From: Acidobacteriota bacterium
Lineage (GTDB): Bacteria; Acidobacteriota; UBA6911; RPQK01; JAJDTT01
DNA: 64,000 nucleotides
Assembly (NCBI GenBank): GCA_965209055.1
Contig: OZ242374.1
Coordinates: forward strand, 5,024,001-5,088,000
Reading direction: 5' to 3'
Shown here: piece by piece, positions 11,413-21,129 of the stretch
Position numbering within the stretch: the stretch's first letter is position 1
How the letters are laid out: every line of letters begins with the position of its first letter
Made by a program: the position numbers and the translations under genes
Notes under the pieces: model-generated
Seen by the model: only the letters and a program-made list of their open reading frames with translations
Database searches by the model: none
What the model was told of the DNA's origin: nothing

Positions 11413-14400
11413 ATGGTCCAGTTTCAACCGGTGGTTCAGGAGTGGTTCCGGGACCGTTTCGGAGAGCCGACCGAGCCTCAGCGTCTCGGGTGGCCGCCCA
11501 TTCAGACGGGCGGGAACGTCCTGATCGCGGCCCCGACCGGCTCCGGGAAGACGCTGGCCGCCTTTCTTTGCGCCATCGACCGGTTGATCGGGCAGAGTTC
11601 CCGCGGGGAGCTGTCCCAGAGCACCCAGATCGTTTACGTCTCCCCTTTGAAGGCGCTGGCCAACGACATCCGAATGAACCTGCTGGAGCCCCTGGAGCAG
11701 ATTCAGCAATTGGGCGAGTCCCGGGGCATGCGGCTCTCCCCCATACAAGCGCGGGTCCGGACGGGAGACACCCTGGCCCGGGAACGCGCCCGAATGACGC
11801 GCACCCCTCCGCACATCCTGGTCACGACTCCCGAGTCCCTCTTCATCCTGCTCACCTCCCGCGGAGGACGGGAGATGCTGAAGGAGACCCGGACCGTGAT
11901 CGTGGACGAGATTCACGCCCTGGCCCGGGACAAGAGGGGCTCCCACCTGAGTCTCACCCTGGAGCGGCTGGAGGACCTCACCGGATCCGCGATTCAGAGA
12001 ATCGGGCTCTCGGCGACCCAGAAACCGATCCGGGAAATCGCCGGGTTTCTCACCGGACCCGATCGCCCGGCCCGCATCATCGACGTGGGTCACCGCCGGA
12101 AGATGGATCTGGCCATCGAGGTCCCCGGCGCCGAGCGGGGAGCGGTCATCTCCCACGAGACCTGGGACGACATCTACAACCGCATCACCGAGCTCATCGA
12201 GGAGCATCGCGCCACGCTGGTCTTCGTCAACACCCGGCGGCTGGCCGAACGCCTGGCTCATCAACTGGCCCAGCGGCTCGGCGAATCGGCCGTTCAGGCC
12301 CACCACGGGAGCCTCTCCCGCGAGATCCGGCTGGACGTGGAGTCGCGGCTGAAACAGGGCGAACTCAAGGGAGTGGTGGCCACCGCCTCTCTGGAGTTGG
12401 GAATCGACGTGGGCTGGGTGGACCTGGTCTGCCAGATCGGCTCGACGCGGAATATCGCCCTCCTGCTCCAGAGGGTGGGCCGATCGGGACACTGGAAGGG
12501 CGCCATTCCCAAGGGTCGAATCTTCCCCACCACTCGGGACGAGCTGTTGGAGAGCGCCGCCCTGGTCCGGTCCATCCACGACGGAACCTTGGACCGCATC
12601 ATCATTCCCCGCTGCCCGCTGGACGTCCTGGCGCAGCAGATGGTGGCCGCTGCGGCTTCCCGGGAATGGGGTGACGAGGAAATGTTCTCCACGTTTCGCC
12701 GGGCCGCCTCCTACCGGGACTTGAGCCGGCGGGACTTCGACCGGATTCTGGCCATGCTCTCCGAGGGCATCTCCACCCGCCGCGGCCGCCGGGGAGCCTA
12801 CCTCCACTGGGACCGGATCCGGGGAAGGATCCGGCCGCGAAGAGGCGCCGGGCTCGTGGCCATGACCTCCGGAGGAGCCATTCCCGACAGGGCCGACTTC
12901 CTGGTCAAGGAAGAGCCCGAAGACACGGTCGTGGGGACCCTGGACGAAGACTTCGCCGTCGAGAGCAGCCGGGGCGACATCTTCCTCCTGGGCAGCACCT
13001 CGTGGAGGATCCGGCGAGTGGAATCGGGCACCGTGCGGGTCCAAAACGCCCAGGGAGCCCCGCCCACCGTCCCCTTCTGGCGGGGAGAGGCGCCCGGCCG
13101 GACCTGGGAGCTCTCCGAGTCCCTCTCCCGGCTCCGGGAGGAGATCGTCCAATCCAGCGATGTCGAGGCCGACGTATTGCTCCGGAAGGACTGCGGCCTC
13201 GATCAGTTCGGAGCCATCCAGGCGATCCAATACGTCCGGGCGGGCGCCGCAGCCCTGAAAACTCCGCCGACGCTCCAACAGGTGGTGGCGGAGAGGTTCT
13301 TCGACGAATCGGGGGGGATGCAACTGGTGGTGCACGCGCCCTTCGGCACCCGTCTCAACCGGGCCTGGGGATTGGCTTTGCGCAAGCGTTTCTGCCGGTC
13401 CTTCAACTTCGAGCTTCAGGCGGCCGCCACCGACAACGGCATCCTCATCTCGCTGAGCGATCAGCACAGCTTCCCGTTGGAGACCATCTTCTCCTTCCTG
13501 TCTGCGGCATCCGTGAAGGAGACCCTGATTCAGGCGCTGCTGGACACGCCTCTGTTCGGGACCCGGTGGCGCTGGAACGCCTGCCGCGCCCTGGCGGTTC
13601 CCCGCTTCGCCGGGGGCCGCAAGGTCCCACCGCCGCTGCAGCGCATGCGATCCGACGACCTGCTGGCTTCCGTGTTTCCCGAACAGGCCGCCTGCCAGGA
13701 GAATATCCAGGGCGACATCGCCGTCCCCGATCATCCGCTGGTCCAGGAGACACTTCACGACTGCCTCACCGAGGCCACGGATATCGAGGGCCTGGAAGAG
13801 GTCCTGGCGGGAATCGAGCGTGGAAATATTCTTACGACGGCCGTGGATACGAGGGAACCGTCTCCCTTCAGCCACGAGATCCTCAATGCCAACCCCTATG
13901 CCTTCCTGGACGACGCGCCCCTGGAGGAACGCCGGGCCCGCGCCGTCCGGACCCGGCGCAACATCCTGCCCGAGGAGGCCCGGGACCTTTGCGATCTGGA
14001 CCCCGACGCCATTCGGGAGGTCTGTTCCCAGGCCTGGCCGACGATTCGGGACGCCGATGAGCTTCACGACGCCTTCCTGACCCTGGGCCTGATGGCGGAA
14101 TCGGAAATCGCGCCCCATGCGGACCTGTTGCAGCAACTTCTGGGGGAGAACCGGGTGCGCCGGGTTCGACTGCCGGCGACGTCCGGAGATGCCGGATCTG
14201 ACCGGGCGGCCGGTTACTTCGCGTCGGCCGAGCGGACGAGGCTGATCCGGCTGGCTTATCCGGGAGCGCATATCGAGCCGCCAGGCCGAAGCGATGCGGA
14301 CGAACCGGGCTGGGAGCGCGACCGGGACCTGGATCACCAGGAGGCCTTGACCGAACTGGTCCGCAGCCGGCTCGACGTCTCCGGCCCCCTGACCTGCGGT

Positions 14401-15729
14401 GAACTCTGCGCACGCCTCCGGATCCCGGAAGCCGGAGTGACGGCGGCTCTCCACGCCTTGGAGTCGGAAGGCCATACCCTCAGAGGACGTTTTCGGCCCG
14501 GCGCCGAGGAGACCGAGTGGTGCGAGAGGGGACTCCTGGCCCGCATCCACCGCATGACCCTGGGCCGGCTGCGCCGGCGGATCGCGCCGGTCTCCGCCGC
14601 CCAGTTCATGCGCTTCCTCTTCCGCTGGCAACACCTCGCCCCCCCCAGCCGGCTGCACGGCGAGGTGGGCCTGTCCCTGATTCTGGAGCAGCTCCAAGGG
14701 TACGAGGCGCCGGCGGCATCCTGGGAAATGCACCTGCTCAAGGTCCGTCTTCACGACTACGAGCCTTCGCTCCTGGACCGGGCCTGCCTCTCCGGCCTCT
14801 TCACCTGGGGGCGGCTCAGCAACGGATTCTCCCGGGCGGCGCCGGATCGAACCGGCGCCCGGATGAAACCGAGCCGGTTGACTCCCATCTCTTTTTTCCG
14901 CCGGGAGGAGATGGACCACTTCCTCTCCCTCCGGTCCCAAGGCAACGGCGCCGACACTTCTTCCCTCTCCCATCCGGCAAGAGAGATACTGGCCGACCTG
15001 GAGCGTTGGGGAGCGTCGTTCCTGGAAGACCTGGTGCGCGGCACCGGCCGGCTCCCGGTGGAGGTGGAAGAGGGCCTCTGGGAACTGGCGCGCTGCGGAC
15101 TGGTCACGGCCGACGGGTTCGATAACCTGCGAGCCATCATCGATCCTTCGCGGAGGCGGGGTCCTCAACGCCCCTCCCGGATCCGAAAGCGCAAAGCCAG
15201 GGTGAAGCCGGCGGCGGGCCGCTGGACCCTTCTGAGACGCCGCCGCGACCGGGAAATCGAATCCGCCGGCTCGACCCCGAACCTGGAGCCTGTGGCCCGT
15301 CAACTGCTCAAACGCTGGGGCATCGTCTTTCGCGATCTCCTGGCGCGCGAACCGTGCGCTCCTTCCTGGAGAGACCTGCTTCAGGTGTACCGCCGCTTGG
15401 AGGCCAGAGGAGAGATTCGCGGAGGGCGGTTCATAGCCGGCTATTACGGAGACCAGTTCTCGCTGCCGGAAGCCCTGGAAGCGCTCAGGGCCTGCCGCCG
15501 CCTGGACCCGGACGGCGAGGTGATCCGCGTGGCCACAGCGGACCCCTTGAACCTGGCGGGAATCATCCTTCCCGGAAACCGCGTTCGGCCCACTCCCGGC
15601 GGCTTCCTTTTTTACCGCGACGGGCTACCGGTGGGGGATCGGGAGAATCCGCCGCCCGGATTGCCACCCGGGACCGCTCCCCGCATCGGCCGAAAGCCTA
15701 CCTTTGCAGCTTCGCCACCACCGACTTGA
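11413..15729 (+). CDS. lhr: Lhr-family ATP-dependent helicase with extended C-terminal region
   Basis: APTGSGKT, SPLKAL, TTPESL, DEIH, GLSAT, HHGSLS, SLELGID, QRVGRSGH; C-terminal EARGEIRGGRF and ADPLNL. Alternative TTG start at 11380. Confidence 0.93.
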   Translation: MVQFQPVVQEWFRDRFGEPTEPQRLGWPPIQTGGNVLIAAPTGSGKTLAAFLCAIDRLIGQSSRGELSQSTQIVYVSPLKALANDIRMNLLEPLEQIQQLGESRGMRLSPIQARVRTGDTLARERARMTRTPPHILVTTPESLFILLTSRGGREMLKETRTVIVDEIHALARDKRGSHLSLTLERLEDLTGSAIQRIGLSATQKPIREIAGFLTGPDRPARIIDVGHRRKMDLAIEVPGAERGAVISHETWDDIYNRITELIEEHRATLVFVNTRRLAERLAHQLAQRLGESAVQAHHGSLSREIRLDVESRLKQGELKGVVATASLELGIDVGWVDLVCQIGSTRNIALLLQRVGRSGHWKGAIPKGRIFPTTRDELLESAALVRSIHDGTLDRIIIPRCPLDVLAQQMVAAAASREWGDEEMFSTFRRAASYRDLSRRDFDRILAMLSEGISTRRGRRGAYLHWDRIRGRIRPRRGAGLVAMTSGGAIPDRADFLVKEEPEDTVVGTLDEDFAVESSRGDIFLLGSTSWRIRRVESGTVRVQNAQGAPPTVPFWRGEAPGRTWELSESLSRLREEIVQSSDVEADVLLRKDCGLDQFGAIQAIQYVRAGAAALKTPPTLQQVVAERFFDESGGMQLVVHAPFGTRLNRAWGLALRKRFCRSFNFELQAAATDNGILISLSDQHSFPLETIFSFLSAASVKETLIQALLDTPLFGTRWRWNACRALAVPRFAGGRKVPPPLQRMRSDDLLASVFPEQAACQENIQGDIAVPDHPLVQETLHDCLTEATDIEGLEEVLAGIERGNILTTAVDTREPSPFSHEILNANPYAFLDDAPLEERRARAVRTRRNILPEEARDLCDLDPDAIREVCSQAWPTIRDADELHDAFLTLGLMAESEIAPHADLLQQLLGENRVRRVRLPATSGDAGSDRAAGYFASAERTRLIRLAYPGAHIEPPGRSDADEPGWERDRDLDHQEALTELVRSRLDVSGPLTCGELCARLRIPEAGVTAALHALESEGHTLRGRFRPGAEETEWCERGLLARIHRMTLGRLRRRIAPVSAAQFMRFLFRWQHLAPPSRLHGEVGLSLILEQLQGYEAPAASWEMHLLKVRLHDYEPSLLDRACLSGLFTWGRLSNGFSRAAPDRTGARMKPSRLTPISFFRREEMDHFLSLRSQGNGADTSSLSHPAREILADLERWGASFLEDLVRGTGRLPVEVEEGLWELARCGLVTADGFDNLRAIIDPSRRRGPQRPSRIRKRKARVKPAAGRWTLLRRRRDREIESAGSTPNLEPVARQLLKRWGIVFRDLLAREPCAPSWRDLLQVYRRLEARGEIRGGRFIAGYYGDQFSLPEALEALRACRRLDPDGEVIRVATADPLNLAGIILPGNRVRPTPGGFLFYRDGLPVGDRENPPPGLPPGTAPRIGRKPTFAASPPPT

Positions 15730-16759
15730 TCTCTTCCAGCCGATTCCTGGGGACGATCAGGGTCCGGTCCCCGGCCCGGACCGCCACCAGCCCCTCGACG
15801 CCCACCACGACCACCGTCTCCGACGGGTCGTCGCAATAGATCAAATTGTCTCGGGCGCCCAGGGTTCGGACCCGGCCCCGGCAGGCGTTTCCGTCCCGGT
15901 CCTCATCCAGGAAGGGCAGCAGGGCCAGCCAACCTCCCAGATCGGTCCAGGAGAAGGACGAGGCCACGCACCGCACATCCCGGGCCTTTTCCATCACCGC
16001 GAAGTCGATGGAGATCGATTCCAGGGGATCGAGGCCGGCTACGAGTGCCCGGGGCCAGGATTCGGTACCGAAGCTCTCGACGGCGGCGGTGAGGCGCCGG
16101 ACGTGACGCGGCAGGTTCCTCTCCAACTCCTGGAGGATCGCTTGAGCGGACCAGACGAACATCCCCGAATTCCAGAAGTAGTTCCCCGAGGCCACGTACT
16201 TCCGCGCCACCTCCAGATTCGGTTTTTCCCGGAAGCTGGCGACTCGGAAATGCTGTACGCCGGGGTCCGGGTCCAGCCGCTCGCCCGTCTCCAGGTAGCC
16301 GTAGGCAGTGGAGGGGGAAGTGGGACGGATCCCGAAGGTGTACAGGGCCCCGCTGGAGGCCGCGCCCCGGGCAGCCGAGACCAGGCTCCTGCGAAACTCG
16401 TCCACCGGCTCGATCAGGTGGTCGGCGGTCACCGTGGCGATGACGCTGTCTCCGAATCTCTTTCGCGCCAGGGTGGCCGCCAGGCAGACGGCGGCGGCCG
16501 TGTCCCGGCGCAGCGGCTCTCCCACCACGTTGTGAGCCGGGATCTGGGGAAGCTGCTCCCGAACCAGGGGAACGAACGCCTCGTTGGTGAGGACCAGGAT
16601 CCGTTCCCGGTCGATGAGCCCGTCCAACCGGAGAAAACTCTTCTGGAGCAGGCTCTCCTCGTCGACCAGGCTGAGAAACTGCTTGGGCCGCTCGGCGGTG
16701 CTGAGAGGCCAGAAACGGGTTCCGGCGCCACCGGCCATGATGATTCCCACCAGGTCCAT
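15698..16759 (-). CDS. manC: Mannose-1-phosphate guanylyltransferase
   Basis: MAGGAGTRFWPLS..PKQFL, EPLRRDTAAA, ADHLI, FREKP, WNSGMF, SIDFAVMEK, WTDLGGW. Confidence 0.93.
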   Translation of the reverse strand: MDLVGIIMAGGAGTRFWPLSTAERPKQFLSLVDEESLLQKSFLRLDGLIDRERILVLTNEAFVPLVREQLPQIPAHNVVGEPLRRDTAAAVCLAATLARKRFGDSVIATVTADHLIEPVDEFRRSLVSAARGAASSGALYTFGIRPTSPSTAYGYLETGERLDPDPGVQHFRVASFREKPNLEVARKYVASGNYFWNSGMFVWSAQAILQELERNLPRHVRRLTAAVESFGTESWPRALVAGLDPLESISIDFAVMEKARDVRCVASSFSWTDLGGWLALLPFLDEDRDGNACRGRVRTLGARDNLIYCDDPSETVVVVGVEGLVAVRAGDRTLIVPRNRLEEIKSVVAKLQR

Positions 16760-16910
16760 CCTTCTCCTCCGTTCTACGCGGCGGCGGAAACCAGGAAATT
16801 CTCGCCGGCACAGTTTTCGAGTCTCTGTCCCCGGGACAAGACGGAAAGTGTAGTAGAGTTCCGGCCATTATGAATAGCACGACAGGTCCCGGAACGGAGC
16901 GGGAACCGGC

Positions 16911-18140
16911 ATGATATCTCCGTCTCAGGCCTGCCGTTGGCTGAATCTGGAGGGAGGCGTCCCGCCGGTCCACGAACCCCCTGACCCGGAGTCGTGCCGC
17001 GGCTGGATCCGGGAGCGGGATCGAGCGGGAGATGCGGTCCTCATCCTGGGAGGCGGCGGCCAGTGGTTCCTGGGAAACGACCCGGAGCGGGCGACCCACA
17101 TCCTTTCCGTCCGCCGGTGGGACCGGATTCTGGACCACAGTCCCGGCGACCTGACGGTCACGGTGGAGGCGGGCTGTCCCTTGCAACGGCTCCAGGAAAC
17201 ATTATCCGAGGCCGGACAGTTCCTGCCCTTCCGTCCACCCAACTACCCGCACGCCACCGTCGGCGGCGCCGTGGCCACAGCCCTCGCCGGGCGTTACGCC
17301 CCGGCCTTGGGCGGGATGAGGGAGTTCCTCATCGGAATCGAGATCCTGCACGCCGACGGCCGGCTCAGCCACGCCGGCGGGCGCGTGGTCAAGAACGTGG
17401 CCGGGTATGACCTGTGCAAGCTCTACGCCGGATCCATGGGGACCCTGGGAATCATCACTCACGCCACGTTCAAGGTGCGTCCCCTCCCCCCCGCGTCCCG
17501 GACCGGAATATTGGAATTCGACCACCTGAGCGAACTGCTGGAGACGGCCCTTTCCTTGCGCAACGAGGTCGCGCCGGCGGCGCTGGAGTTGTTCCGCTCC
17601 GGCGCGGGATTCCGGCTGCCGGAGGCTTCATCGGAACGCTACCGTCTGGCCGTCGAGCTTCGAGATCCGGAGGGCCCGATCCAGTGGAAGAGCCGCGTGC
17701 TCCGGGAACGATGCCCCGGAATTCGATTCCTGGACGGGGCCGAGGCGGACTCTTTCTGGATGGTCCGGGACCGGGAGTTGCGTCTGGCCCTGGAGCCGGA
17801 CAACGGGAGGGTCGTGGTCCGAATCAGCGCTCCCGCCGGGTTGCTGGAAAAGGTCCACCGGTGGCTGGATCAGGCACTGCCGGGTCATGGGCTCTCGGGA
17901 CATGCGGCCGGCAGCACGCTCCTGGTGCTGGCGAACGGAATCGATTTTCTTCGGGACCTCCGGTCCCGTTGGAAGGGGCAGCCCGTCTACACCACCCTTT
18001 TCAAGGCGGACGCGCCCTTGAAGCGGGGCCTGGACGTCTGGGGACCCACGACCCAGCCCGTGCCGCTGATGAAGCGGATCAAGGATCGGTTCGACCCCGG
18101 GCGGACACTGAATCCGGGTCGTTTCTGGGGCCGGATCTAG
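16911..18140 (+). CDS. FAD-binding oxidoreductase, glycolate oxidase GlcE-like
   Basis: DLTVTVEAG, ATVGG, GGRVVKNVAGYDLCKLYAGSMGTLGII, KDRFDP..LNPGR. Confidence 0.88.
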   Translation: MISPSQACRWLNLEGGVPPVHEPPDPESCRGWIRERDRAGDAVLILGGGGQWFLGNDPERATHILSVRRWDRILDHSPGDLTVTVEAGCPLQRLQETLSEAGQFLPFRPPNYPHATVGGAVATALAGRYAPALGGMREFLIGIEILHADGRLSHAGGRVVKNVAGYDLCKLYAGSMGTLGIITHATFKVRPLPPASRTGILEFDHLSELLETALSLRNEVAPAALELFRSGAGFRLPEASSERYRLAVELRDPEGPIQWKSRVLRERCPGIRFLDGAEADSFWMVRDRELRLALEPDNGRVVVRISAPAGLLEKVHRWLDQALPGHGLSGHAAGSTLLVLANGIDFLRDLRSRWKGQPVYTTLFKADAPLKRGLDVWGPTTQPVPLMKRIKDRFDPGRTLNPGRFWGRI

Positions 18141-18152
18141 CCCGGCAACGGA

Positions 18153-19409
18153 TCACGAGGGCACTGTCCGGACGGACTCGTAGAGCAATTCCACGGGGTG
18201 CTGGACCGGAATCGAGGCTCCCGAATTCTCCAGGCCGAACCGGATCTGCATGAGGCACCCCGGATTGGCCGTGGTCACCCGCTGCGGATCGACACTCAGG
18301 ATCTCGTCGAGCTTCCGATCCAGCAGCTGGCCGGCGATCTCCGGCTGCAGCAGGTTGTAGATTCCGGCGCTTCCGCAGCAGCGTTCGCCGTTGGGAACCT
18401 CCAGGAGGGTCAATTCGGGGATCTGCGCCATGAGGGCGCGGGGCTGGGAATAAATCCCCTGTCCGTGCAGCAGATGACAGGGATCGTCATAGGCAACCCT
18501 CAGCGGAAGCGGACCCAGTTCCCAGGCCGGATTCATCTCCACCAGGAACTCGCAGACGTCCTTGACCTTGTGCGAGAACCGGGCCATCTCGTCGGTGCTC
18601 CCCGGAAGATGGGACCACTCCTTCATGGCGGCGCCGCAGCCGGCCGAGTTGACCACGACAGCGTCCAGATCACGCCAGGGGAAGGCCTGGAGGTTGATTC
18701 GAGCCTGCCGTACGGCCCCCTCCTGGTCCCCGGCGTGGGAGTGAAGGGCGCCGCAGCAGCGCTGACCGGGTGGGACCACCACCTCGCATCCGGCTCTCCG
18801 TAGCAGTTGAATGCTGGCTCGGTGAACCTGGGGAAAGAGGATGGGCATCACGCACCCGGACAGAAAACCGACACGAGCCCGTCTCGGACCCTTCGCCGGA
18901 TAAGACGCTTTGAGACGGTCGGGCGGCGGGACCGTGGGCAGCTTATTCTCCATCTCCACCAGCTTGGGAGCGGCGCGGGAGAGGATGCGGCTGGACCGTA
19001 CCCAGTGCTGGAGCGTGGCCTGGTACAGCCGCGCCAGCCGGCCGCCGAGACGCAGCAGTCCGGGAGAAGGCAGGACCCGGCGAAAGGCGAAGCGCTGGAT
19101 CCACGAGGGGGGACGGTCCTCATGGATCTTTACCCGGGTCTGATTCAGCATCAGCTCGTAGCGGACGCCCGAGGGACAGGCGGTTTCGCAGGCCCGGCAT
19201 CCCAGACAACGGTCCAGGTGCGTCATGACCGTGTCGTCCAACGGCAGGCGTCCCTCCCGGACCAGGTCCATCAGGTAGATGCGCCCGCGCGGCGAGTCGT
19301 TCTCGTCACCCAGGACCTGGTAGGTCGGGCATTGGGGAAGGCAGAAACCGCAGTGGACGCAATCCAGGTTGACCTCGAATGGGTCCTTGACGGTCACTTT
19401 GCCCGGCAT
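18153..19409 (-). CDS. Glycolate oxidase Fe-S subunit GlcF-like
   Basis: CVHCGFCLPQCP and CLGCRACETACP ferredoxin motifs; CCG domains (CCGALH, CCGSAGIYN); TANPGC. Confidence 0.9.
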   Translation of the reverse strand: MPGKVTVKDPFEVNLDCVHCGFCLPQCPTYQVLGDENDSPRGRIYLMDLVREGRLPLDDTVMTHLDRCLGCRACETACPSGVRYELMLNQTRVKIHEDRPPSWIQRFAFRRVLPSPGLLRLGGRLARLYQATLQHWVRSSRILSRAAPKLVEMENKLPTVPPPDRLKASYPAKGPRRARVGFLSGCVMPILFPQVHRASIQLLRRAGCEVVVPPGQRCCGALHSHAGDQEGAVRQARINLQAFPWRDLDAVVVNSAGCGAAMKEWSHLPGSTDEMARFSHKVKDVCEFLVEMNPAWELGPLPLRVAYDDPCHLLHGQGIYSQPRALMAQIPELTLLEVPNGERCCGSAGIYNLLQPEIAGQLLDRKLDEILSVDPQRVTTANPGCLMQIRFGLENSGASIPVQHPVELLYESVRTVPS

Positions 19410-19957
19410 ATCTCTCCTCGCACCGATTCCAGCTCCGAGAGCAGCTCGTCCACGCCGGCTCCGACCCGGCAGAGGGATCGGTACCTGGGCCGGACGAAAC
19501 CCTCCTGGACGGCCCGGTCGAACATCTCCACCAGGGGGTCGAAATATCCACCGGCATTGAGCAGGCCCACCGGCTTGCGATGAATTCCGAGCTGAGCCCA
19601 GGTGATCATCTCCAGTAGTTCCTCGAAGGTTCCGTATCCTCCCGGAAGGGCAACGAAGGCGTCGGACAACTCCGCCATCAACGCCTTCCGTTCGTGCATG
19701 GTGCCGACGACGTGCATGCGGGTCAGTCCCGGATGAGCCACCTCCCGGGTAGCCATGGAACGTGGAATCACGCCGATGGCCTGTCCTCCCGCCCCCAGGA
19801 TCGAATCGGCGACCACGCCCATCAGCCCGGTCGCTCCACCGCCGTAGACCAGGTCGTACCCCCTGCCGGCCAGGCGGCGTCCCAACCGCCCGGCGACCTC
19901 GACATAGAGGGGACGGATTCCCGTCTTGGAGCCGCAGAAGACACAGACCCGGCTCAC
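19394..19957 (-). CDS. LOG-family nucleotide phosphoribohydrolase (TIGR00730-like)
   Basis: VCVFCGS, LVYGGG, MHERK, PGGYGTFEE. Confidence 0.93.
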   Translation of the reverse strand: MSRVCVFCGSKTGIRPLYVEVAGRLGRRLAGRGYDLVYGGGATGLMGVVADSILGAGGQAIGVIPRSMATREVAHPGLTRMHVVGTMHERKALMAELSDAFVALPGGYGTFEELLEMITWAQLGIHRKPVGLLNAGGYFDPLVEMFDRAVQEGFVRPRYRSLCRVGAGVDELLSELESVRGEICRAK

Positions 19958-21129
19958 TCGGCCGCCCTCCCGTCCGGCACGGCCAGAAACTCGGAGGCGA
20001 TGGCGCCGGAAAGAAGCAGACCCCGGCGGGTCAGACTTACCCGGTCGTCCCGCCGGGAGACAAGCCCGTTTTCGGAAAGAAATCTCAACGGTTCCCGGTA
20101 GAGCCGCCCCACGTCACGGCCGTAGCGCCGGGTCAGTTCCGAAAGAGAGACGCCGTTTGGCCGCTCCAGGCCCACGAGCATGTCCTCACCCAGAGCGCGA
20201 AGGCCGGAAAGATGTTCCTCGGAGGCCCGGGGCACGGCCCCTGCCCGGACTCCCCGGATATAGGACTCCAGGCGGGAGGTATTGGTCCAGCGGGTCTCCT
20301 GGATGAAAGAGGAAGCACACGCACCCAGACCCAGATAGGCCATGCCGTTCCAGTAGATTTCCCCCTGCCTCCATTCCCGGCCGGCCCGGGCGAATCCGGA
20401 GAGGTGGTAGTGGCCGTATCCCGCCTCCGCGATCCGATCCAGCGCGGATTCATACATGCGCGCCACCGTCTCCTCATCCGGCTCCGGGAGCCGGTCGTCA
20501 TCTGTGGATCGGGCCGGCCCGGTGTCCCCCGCGGCGACGAGATTGTAGAGGGACAAGTGCTCGGGCTCCATGGCCAGGGCCTGTTCCAGATCCGCCATCC
20601 ATTCTCCGAGGGACTGGCCCGGCAGGCCGTAGAGAAGATCCAGATTGAGGTTGTCGAATCCGGCGGTCCGGGCCCACTCGCAGCACGACCGGATGTCCCG
20701 GGCTTTGTGGCGGTACCCCGACAGTAGGAGATGGCGGTCCCGGAACGATTGAGCGCCAACGCTCAGGCGATTGATACCCAGCCGCCGCAGCGTCCCCAGG
20801 CGGTCCAACGTGAGGGTGTCGGGGGTGCATTCCAGACTCCACTCGGCGTCGCCGGCCACCCGGAAAGCTCCCCGCACCGCATCCACGAGAGAGGCAACGT
20901 CCACGGGGGCGAGTTCCGAAGGGATTCCTCCCCCGAATGAAACGGCCGGAACCGGATATCCAGCCCAAGGGCTCGTCCGGATCTCTTCCCTGAGAGCCTC
21001 CAGGTAGCGGCGGCGCGTCGCCTCCGGCTGGGGTCCCGAGTTGAAGTCGCAGTACGGACACTCGCGCCGGCAAAAAGGGATGTGAAGATAGATTCCCAAC
21101 CCATTCGCCGGATCTCCTCGTCGCAACAT
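19954..21129 (-). CDS. hemW: Radical SAM HemW/HemN-like protein with divergent motifs
   Basis: YLHIPFCRRECPYCDF (CxxxCxxC), NLDLLYGLPGQ, PEHLSLY; directly downstream of lepA. Confidence 0.8.
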   Translation of the reverse strand: MLRRGDPANGLGIYLHIPFCRRECPYCDFNSGPQPEATRRRYLEALREEIRTSPWAGYPVPAVSFGGGIPSELAPVDVASLVDAVRGAFRVAGDAEWSLECTPDTLTLDRLGTLRRLGINRLSVGAQSFRDRHLLLSGYRHKARDIRSCCEWARTAGFDNLNLDLLYGLPGQSLGEWMADLEQALAMEPEHLSLYNLVAAGDTGPARSTDDDRLPEPDEETVARMYESALDRIAEAGYGHYHLSGFARAGREWRQGEIYWNGMAYLGLGACASSFIQETRWTNTSRLESYIRGVRAGAVPRASEEHLSGLRALGEDMLVGLERPNGVSLSELTRRYGRDVGRLYREPLRFLSENGLVSRRDDRVSLTRRGLLLSGAIASEFLAVPDGRAAE

